Source: Spirochaetota bacterium
Lineage (GTDB): Bacteria > Spirochaetota > UBA4802 > UBA5550
DNA length: 64,000 bases
NCBI GenBank assembly: GCA_963663865.1
Contig: OY760686.1
Location: 2,464,001-2,528,000 of the forward strand
Reading direction: 5' to 3'
Positions 58,444 to 64,000 of the stretch are shown here, piece by piece. The notes below the pieces were generated by a model that ran no database searches, was not told the DNA's origin, and saw only the letters and a program-made list of their open reading frames with translations. The translations under genes and the position numbers were made by a program. Numbering within the stretch: the stretch's first letter is position 1; each line of letters opens with the position of its first letter.

Positions 58444-59709
58444 ATGAATATATTTCAACAGGCCCAGAAGGGCATAATGAGCGATGACGTGAAAACCGCA
58501 GCTTCAGGTGAAGGACTGGACGAACAGCTCCTTTTAAAAGAGTTTGCCGCGGGGCGTGTCGCAATATTCAGAAACACTCAGAGGACAATTAAGCCGGTTG
58601 CCGTCGGCAATGGAACAACAACCAAGGTTAACGCGAACATCGGCACATCCCCTGATTTCTTCAAGCTTGAAACAGAGATGGAGAAGCTGAGAATTGCCGT
58701 CAGGTACGGCGCTGACGCGATTATGGACCTCAGCACCGGCGGCAACGTTACAGACTTCAGGCGTAAAATCATTGAAGAATCTCCGGTACCGGTAGGCACT
58801 GTGCCGCTCTACGAAGTTGCCAAGGACATGATGGACATGAAGAAGTCCATTATGGACATGACCATCAAGGACTTTCTGAACATAGTAGAGAGGCAGGCAA
58901 AGGAAGGAGTCGACTTCATGACCATTCACTCTGGCGTGACGCGCGCTTCCATTGAATCACTCCGTTCGCAGCACCGTCTCGTGGGAATTACCAGCCGGGG
59001 CGGCTCCATTATCGCCGAGTGGATAAAAAAGAACCACAGCGAGAATCCGCTTTACGAATACTACGACGACATACTGGACATTATGGCCGAATACAACGTG
59101 GCTATCAGCCTCGGTGACGGACTCAGGCCAGGAGGCATACACGATGCCAATGACCGGGGACAGATACATGAAATGGTTGAGCTCGGAAGGCTCGCCCGCC
59201 GGGCAAGGGAAAAAGGGGTGCAGGCCATTATAGAGGGTCCGGGCCACATGCCCCTTGACACAATTGAAGCTAACATGAAGATTCAGAAAACCCTGTGTGA
59301 CGGCGCCCCCTACTATGTTCTCGGCCCGCTTGTAACAGACATAGCTCCGGGTTACGACCACATTACCGGAGCAATCGGAGGAGCCATTGCTGCCGCAAGC
59401 GGCGCCGACTTCCTCTGTTACGTCACTCCGGCCGAGCATCTGAAACTCCCCTCTCCTGACGATGTCCGGGAAGGTGTAATTGCCTCAAAAATAGCGGCCC
59501 ACGCAGCCGATATTGTAAAAATGGGAAGCAGAGCCAGAAAAATTGACGATGAGATGAGTGAAGCCCGGAGAAAGAGAGACTGGGACACGATGTTCAAGCT
59601 CGCGATTGACCCCGATAAAGCTAAAAGGTACAGGGAAGACGTTCCCTCAGTGGACAACGATCAATGTTCAATGTGCGGAGAGTTCTGCGCCATGAAAAGG
59701 GACTATTAG
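58444..59709 (+). CDS. thiC: Phosphomethylpyrimidine synthase (short-type ThiC)
   Basis: KVNANIGTS, MDLSTGG, SRGGS, GDGLRPG, EGPGH, YDHI, CYVTPAEHL, CSMCGEFC. Confidence 0.92.
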   Translation: MNIFQQAQKGIMSDDVKTAASGEGLDEQLLLKEFAAGRVAIFRNTQRTIKPVAVGNGTTTKVNANIGTSPDFFKLETEMEKLRIAVRYGADAIMDLSTGGNVTDFRRKIIEESPVPVGTVPLYEVAKDMMDMKKSIMDMTIKDFLNIVERQAKEGVDFMTIHSGVTRASIESLRSQHRLVGITSRGGSIIAEWIKKNHSENPLYEYYDDILDIMAEYNVAISLGDGLRPGGIHDANDRGQIHEMVELGRLARRAREKGVQAIIEGPGHMPLDTIEANMKIQKTLCDGAPYYVLGPLVTDIAPGYDHITGAIGGAIAAASGADFLCYVTPAEHLKLPSPDDVREGVIASKIAAHAADIVKMGSRARKIDDEMSEARRKRDWDTMFKLAIDPDKAKRYREDVPSVDNDQCSMCGEFCAMKRDY

Positions 59710-59718
59710 GAGGATTAG

Positions 59719-60546
59719 ATGTCCAGCGATTCACATTACTACAGTTCGTACAAGGAAGACAGAGACCTTGTTCTTGAGTACAACCAGGTCTCGCTTGAAG
59801 ACGGAGAGCCGGTAAACGTGCTGGGTGTCAACATTGACAATCTGACAAGGGAACAGGCTGTTGTCAAAGTCATACGCATGATTGAAAACGGGGGAGTAAA
59901 CCACATCGTTCCGGTAAATCCCTATAAAATCGAAAGAATGAAGACCCGTCAGGAGATGAGAAACCTGTTCTCCGGCGCGGACATGATAATTCCCAGCGGA
60001 GCTGGCGTGGTATGGGCGGCAAAGAAAATCAAAACCCCTCTGAAGCAGAGAATCCCCATACTCAGCTTTATGATGGACATTATCCGTATCGCTGAAATCA
60101 AGGGCTTTTCCATCTTCATTGTTGGCGGCAAACCGGAAACTGCCGAGATGGCCTTCTTCAACATCAGAAAATCGTTTCCGAAAATACGAATCGTAGGCAG
60201 GCACGGCGGATATTTCAGCCCTGAACGGGAAAAGGCGGTCGTGGAAGCTATGAGAAAATCGGAAGCAAATATCGTCTTCGTAGGCATGGGTTTTCCAAAA
60301 GAAAACAGATGGATTGAAAAGATAAAGGGAGAATTTCAGAATACAGTCTTCGTCGGCGTTGGCGGATGTATTGACATTATTTCAGGCGACATCAAGAAAG
60401 CGCCCGCCTGTGCGATGGCAACGGGCACAGACTGGCTTTACAGAACCGCAGTCAGGCCTTGGCGTATCGGGCGTCTTATGCGAATTTTCAAATTCTATGT
60501 TCACGCTTTCTTCAAAGGCCTGTTTACGCGAACTCACGGGAAATAG
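59719..60546 (+). CDS. WecB/TagA/CpsF family glycosyltransferase
   Basis: VNP, IVGRHGGYF, VFVGMGFPKENRWI, GVGG, KKAP. Confidence 0.85.
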   Translation: MSSDSHYYSSYKEDRDLVLEYNQVSLEDGEPVNVLGVNIDNLTREQAVVKVIRMIENGGVNHIVPVNPYKIERMKTRQEMRNLFSGADMIIPSGAGVVWAAKKIKTPLKQRIPILSFMMDIIRIAEIKGFSIFIVGGKPETAEMAFFNIRKSFPKIRIVGRHGGYFSPEREKAVVEAMRKSEANIVFVGMGFPKENRWIEKIKGEFQNTVFVGVGGCIDIISGDIKKAPACAMATGTDWLYRTAVRPWRIGRLMRIFKFYVHAFFKGLFTRTHGK

Positions 60547-60548
60547 GC

Positions 60549-60767
60549 CTATTTCTCGTACCGGTTTTTAAGCGCCCGCGTATCGCGGGCATCCATCAGC
60601 TCACCAGAGCTCACCTTACAGCGGCCAAGCGTAAAGCCGGCTACCTCTTCCGTGTATCCGCAGCTTCTACATTTAAATATCGGATTCCCAGCTTCGGTCC
60701 ATTCAGAAGCATCCACGTACCTCGAACTGCATCTCCTGCAAAATATCACCGACACGAATTCACTCAT
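60549..60767 (-). CDS. Small zinc-ribbon protein
   Basis: CRRC...CRSCG; SD-like GAGAG; follows the GAF-PP2C gene. Confidence 0.6.
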   Translation of the reverse strand: MSEFVSVIFCRRCSSRYVDASEWTEAGNPIFKCRSCGYTEEVAGFTLGRCKVSSGELMDARDTRALKNRYEK

Positions 60768-60793
60768 ATTACTCTCTCTTTCTGGATTTACTG

Positions 60794-62068
60794 TTATTGG
60801 ACCAGCTTGACCGCAGCAACTGCCAGGTCTTCTCTGACCGCCAGTCCCTCCGCGAAATCTTCAGCCGCTTTCAAAAGCGCGCCTGCCCCTTCTTCAACTG
60901 ACTGAACCTGTTGCGCCAGAGCGCTCAGCAGGACATCTTTAGACAGCTTTCTTCCTGACCTGTTGCGTATGTTAAACACACCGCCGGTAACCGCCGCCAG
61001 ACAGTCTCCGGGCTTCATCTTTACGGTTATTACACGGCCATATCCCGGCTCTTCGGGTCCGGACTGGAAAACCATCTTGGCCTCATTGCCAATTCTCTTC
61101 AGTATTACACATACATTGCCGGCCGTAACAAACGATACTGACTGCGTGCCGCCATCAATGAAACCGTAAACCCCTGATAAGGCTGCTGCCCCCGGGAGTT
61201 GAATCATTGTTTTTCTGAGAAGCTGAAAAATCCTGGAAGGCGCCCCAAGAGGAACTATCGGCAGCGAAGATAATGCTCCGCGTATACTGGATGCGGCCAG
61301 GGCCCCGGGAATGCCTTTTCTTGAGACGTCGCCAATGTAAAAATACGCGACCTCCTCACTGATTTCCATTCCGCCATGCAGTACGCCTCCCAGCTCACGC
61401 GCGGGCTTTGAAAGCGTAAACGCGGACAATCCGCCCGCACGTACTGATACGCTCCTGCCGAAGACCTCGTTGACAGCAACTGCTCCTTCGACCTCGGCCT
61501 TTAAGCGTTCCTCCTCAATCGCTTTCTGAAAATAGACTGCGTTTTGTACTGCCAGTGCGGCCTGATCCGCGAATATGCTGAACACGGCGCTGTCAGAAGC
61601 GGCAAAGCCTTCTCTGTCTGCGGCATTTATTGCCTGTATAACACCGAGAAGTTTACCCTTATGCAACAGGGGAGCGCACATAATCGATTTTGTGACAAAT
61701 CCGGTTGCCCGGTCATAATTTGGATCAAATCGGTCATCTGAATAGACATCGTTTACAATGAGGCTTTTCCCGCTCTTCGCGACATGGCCCGCGATGCCCT
61801 GCCCCATTCTAACCCGGTACTTTTCAGTCAACTCCTCACCGGCCCCTCCCAGAGCAACCTTAAAGACAAGATCGTCTGAAGATTCGTCGTAAAGCAGAAG
61901 AGTGCTTGCCTCAGCTTTAACGATCTCCTTAATTATCTCCATGATAATGTTCAGAAGCTTTTTTATATCGAGTGTTGAGTTGATAATCGTGTTTATTTCG
62001 ACAAGCCTGGCAAGGCTTTCTGTCTGATCATTGCCCCAGGTGTTTTCCAAAATCTGTGAAGTATCCAT
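60794..62068 (-). CDS. GAF + SpoIIE/PP2C-like protein (phosphatase motifs degenerate)
   Basis: GAF (GIAGHV..G..LIVNDV..D.RF...D..TGF.TKSIMCAPL); PP2C relics IGDVSRKG, VTGG, EDLAV; start ATG 62068. Confidence 0.75.
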   Translation of the reverse strand: MDTSQILENTWGNDQTESLARLVEINTIINSTLDIKKLLNIIMEIIKEIVKAEASTLLLYDESSDDLVFKVALGGAGEELTEKYRVRMGQGIAGHVAKSGKSLIVNDVYSDDRFDPNYDRATGFVTKSIMCAPLLHKGKLLGVIQAINAADREGFAASDSAVFSIFADQAALAVQNAVYFQKAIEEERLKAEVEGAVAVNEVFGRSVSVRAGGLSAFTLSKPARELGGVLHGGMEISEEVAYFYIGDVSRKGIPGALAASSIRGALSSLPIVPLGAPSRIFQLLRKTMIQLPGAAALSGVYGFIDGGTQSVSFVTAGNVCVILKRIGNEAKMVFQSGPEEPGYGRVITVKMKPGDCLAAVTGGVFNIRNRSGRKLSKDVLLSALAQQVQSVEEGAGALLKAAEDFAEGLAVREDLAVAAVKLVQ

Positions 62069-62317
62069 TTCCCCTTCCGGCGCGGCAATCACCCGCCTGC
62101 AGAATTTCATCTCTCTGTTCCTGACAGCGACAGCTGTCCGTCCCCAAATTAGGCCGCCCCCGTACCGGGGGTTGCATCATTTCATCAAAGTATATTAAAA
62201 CGATAAATCCCCATAGTGAATCAGAAGAGTCTGAAGCTGTAAAGAAAAAAAAAGAATATTGTAAGCCCGATCAGGCCGCCTTTTTATGTTGACACAGCTG
62301 CCGCTGGATTCTTCAAT

Positions 62318-63037
62318 ATGGTCATGGCAAAGAGAGTTTCAATAATACAGTCAAACTACATTCCCTGGAAGGGTTATTTCGATATTATAAATTCATCCGA
62401 CATATTCATTATTTACGACGACGCCCAGTACACCCGCAGGGACTGGAGAAACCGCAACATCATTAAGACCCCGCGCGGGAGGGAGTGGCTCACTGTTCCG
62501 GTTGAGACAAAGGGATTCTACACGGCTCCGATAAATACGATAAGAGCTGCCGGCAAAGAATGGGCTGAAAAGCACTGGAAAACCATTAAGCGCAACTACT
62601 CGAAAACCAGATACTTCTCAAACTACAGCGGTCTTTTCGAATCCATCTACTCATCACTGGAAGATTATGAATATCTCACCGACATAAATATCAGGCTGAT
62701 TAAAGCAGTCAGCTCAATCACTGGAATTAAAACTGAGATTAAGGATTCAAGGGATTTCAACCTTAGCGGCGACAGCAACGGCAGGCTTATCTCTATGTGC
62801 CTTGAATCCGGAGCCGACGAGTACATTTCCGGCCCGTCTGCAGCGGCATATATTGACGAAAACAGATTCCGGGAAGCAGGGATTACGCTGAGGTGGATGG
62901 ACTACAGCGGGTATCCGGAATATCCGCAGCTCTATCCTCCATTCGATCACTGCGTTAGTATTCTTGATCTCATGTTCAACACGGGAGATGAGGCTCCCCT
63001 CTACATGAAATCCTTCGGGGAAGAGGCTTCCGCATGA
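62318..63037 (+). CDS. WbqC family protein
   Basis: IQSNYIPWKGYF, YDDAQY...WRNRN.I, YISGPSA, YPQL....SILDLMFN. Confidence 0.9.
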   Translation: MVMAKRVSIIQSNYIPWKGYFDIINSSDIFIIYDDAQYTRRDWRNRNIIKTPRGREWLTVPVETKGFYTAPINTIRAAGKEWAEKHWKTIKRNYSKTRYFSNYSGLFESIYSSLEDYEYLTDINIRLIKAVSSITGIKTEIKDSRDFNLSGDSNGRLISMCLESGADEYISGPSAAAYIDENRFREAGITLRWMDYSGYPEYPQLYPPFDHCVSILDLMFNTGDEAPLYMKSFGEEASA

Positions 63038-64000
63038 AAGTATCCATTGTCACGTCGCTTTACCGTTCTCAGGACTACGTAAATGAGTTTTGCGCCCGGT
63101 GCAGAAAGTCCGCAGAAAGAATAGCAGACGACTTTGAAATCATCCTTGTAAATGATTGCTCTCCTGACAATTCACTTGAGAAAGCCCTCGCCTGTGCCGA
63201 GACCGACAGCCGCATCACCGTCATTGATCTTGCGAGAAACTTCGGACAGCACAGAGCAATAATGACAGGTATTGCTCACAGCAGCGGCGACTACGTTTTC
63301 ATTGCAGACTCAGACCTTGAAGAAGACCCTGCCCTTCTCGAAAGGTTTTACACCGTAATGATCTCAGAAAACGACACGGATGTCGTCTACGGTGTGCAAA
63401 CAGTAAGGAAGGGAGGCCTGATTGAACGTCTCAGCGGCAGCATCTTTTACAGGGTTTTCAACTTCCTCTCTGAGGTCAAAATCCCGGCAAATCAGATTAC
63501 GGCAAGGCTCATGACACGCCGTTACGCCGACGCGCTTATTCAGCACAGGGAAAGAGAGCTGTTCATGGCCGGCATCTGGGCGCTGACGGGGTTCAGGCAG
63601 GTTGCGGTTCCTGTTCGAAAGAGATCATCAAGCCCGACTTCATACACACTGAAGAAGAAGATATCCCTTCTTATTAATTCCCTGACATCATTCAGCAGCA
63701 GGCCTCTGCTTGCGGCATCCTATATCGGATTTGTTATTACAGTTTCCGCCTTCGCCGGCATAATAAAGCTCGTATACGACAGACTGGCGCACGGCACGGC
63801 TATCGAGGGATGGACATCGATTTTTGTCTCCATCTGGTTCGCCTGCGGACTCATAGTTTTCTTTGTCGGGCTGATAGGGCTCTACGTGTCGAGAATGTTT
63901 ACTGAAACAAAAAAAAGGCCCTACACTGTCATCAAGCAGATTCACAGCTTCCCCTGCCGTTTCAGCAGGGACAGGATCAAAAACACTGTTTCAGAATACT
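63034..64000 (+). CDS. Glycosyltransferase family 2, GtrB/DPM-like (partial; runs off the window)
   Basis: Not in the ORF track; translated by hand from ATG 63034 (ATGA overlap): MKVSIVTSLY...ILVNDCSPD...RNFGQH...DSDLEE; two C-terminal TM segments. Confidence 0.88.
   Translation, partial: MKVSIVTSLYRSQDYVNEFCARCRKSAERIADDFEIILVNDCSPDNSLEKALACAETDSRITVIDLARNFGQHRAIMTGIAHSSGDYVFIADSDLEEDPALLERFYTVMISENDTDVVYGVQTVRKGGLIERLSGSIFYRVFNFLSEVKIPANQITARLMTRRYADALIQHRERELFMAGIWALTGFRQVAVPVRKRSSSPTSYTLKKKISLLINSLTSFSSRPLLAASYIGFVITVSAFAGIIKLVYDRLAHGTAIEGWTSIFVSIWFACGLIVFFVGLIGLYVSRMFTETKKRPYTVIKQIHSFPCRFSRDRIKNTVSEY

Noticed and set aside
62110-62180. Resemblance to the c-di-AMP (ydaO) riboswitch on the minus strand (GGTACGGGGG...TTTGGGG...GACAGCT)
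   Set aside because: Lacks GCTGAATC and CCCGNCAGCTAAC elements and is too short; an Rfam RF00379 scan would settle it

Overview
Gene-dense bacterial chromosomal segment. The gene repertoire suggests a Spirochaetota (Leptospira-related) organism; this is inference, not a database result. No CRISPR array, rRNA, integrase, transposase or prophage was recognised. One tRNA-Ala(GGC) is present. Housekeeping genes: metH (short form), folD, ilvD, S1-like, greA, lgt, rpmE, rho, dapA/B, rsmE, aroA/H, thiC, an M16 peptidase pair, and polysaccharide genes at the right end. Three loci stand out. (1) 15.1-21.8 kb: a translationally coupled trio of a Cache-HAMP adenylate cyclase with an extra GAF/degenerate-GGDEF N-terminus, a membrane-anchored FecR + Ig-repeat protein, and an FN3/IPT/beta-barrel outer-membrane protein; this is a candidate trans-envelope cAMP signalling system. 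(2) 31.2-40.2 kb: a minus-strand cluster of largely catalytically degenerate enzyme folds around a STAS protein (two TM-TPR-Mrr pseudo-nucleases, a cNMP/P-loop/pseudo-patatin, a GH-like barrel and a ParB-N protein). (3) 0.8-9.0 kb: a TonB-free beta-glucoside utilisation locus with a transmembrane AraC sensor. Candidate operators lie upstream of metH (SahR-like) and trpR-trpB2, and an unlisted 48-aa ORF precedes greA. All calls come from reading motifs by eye.
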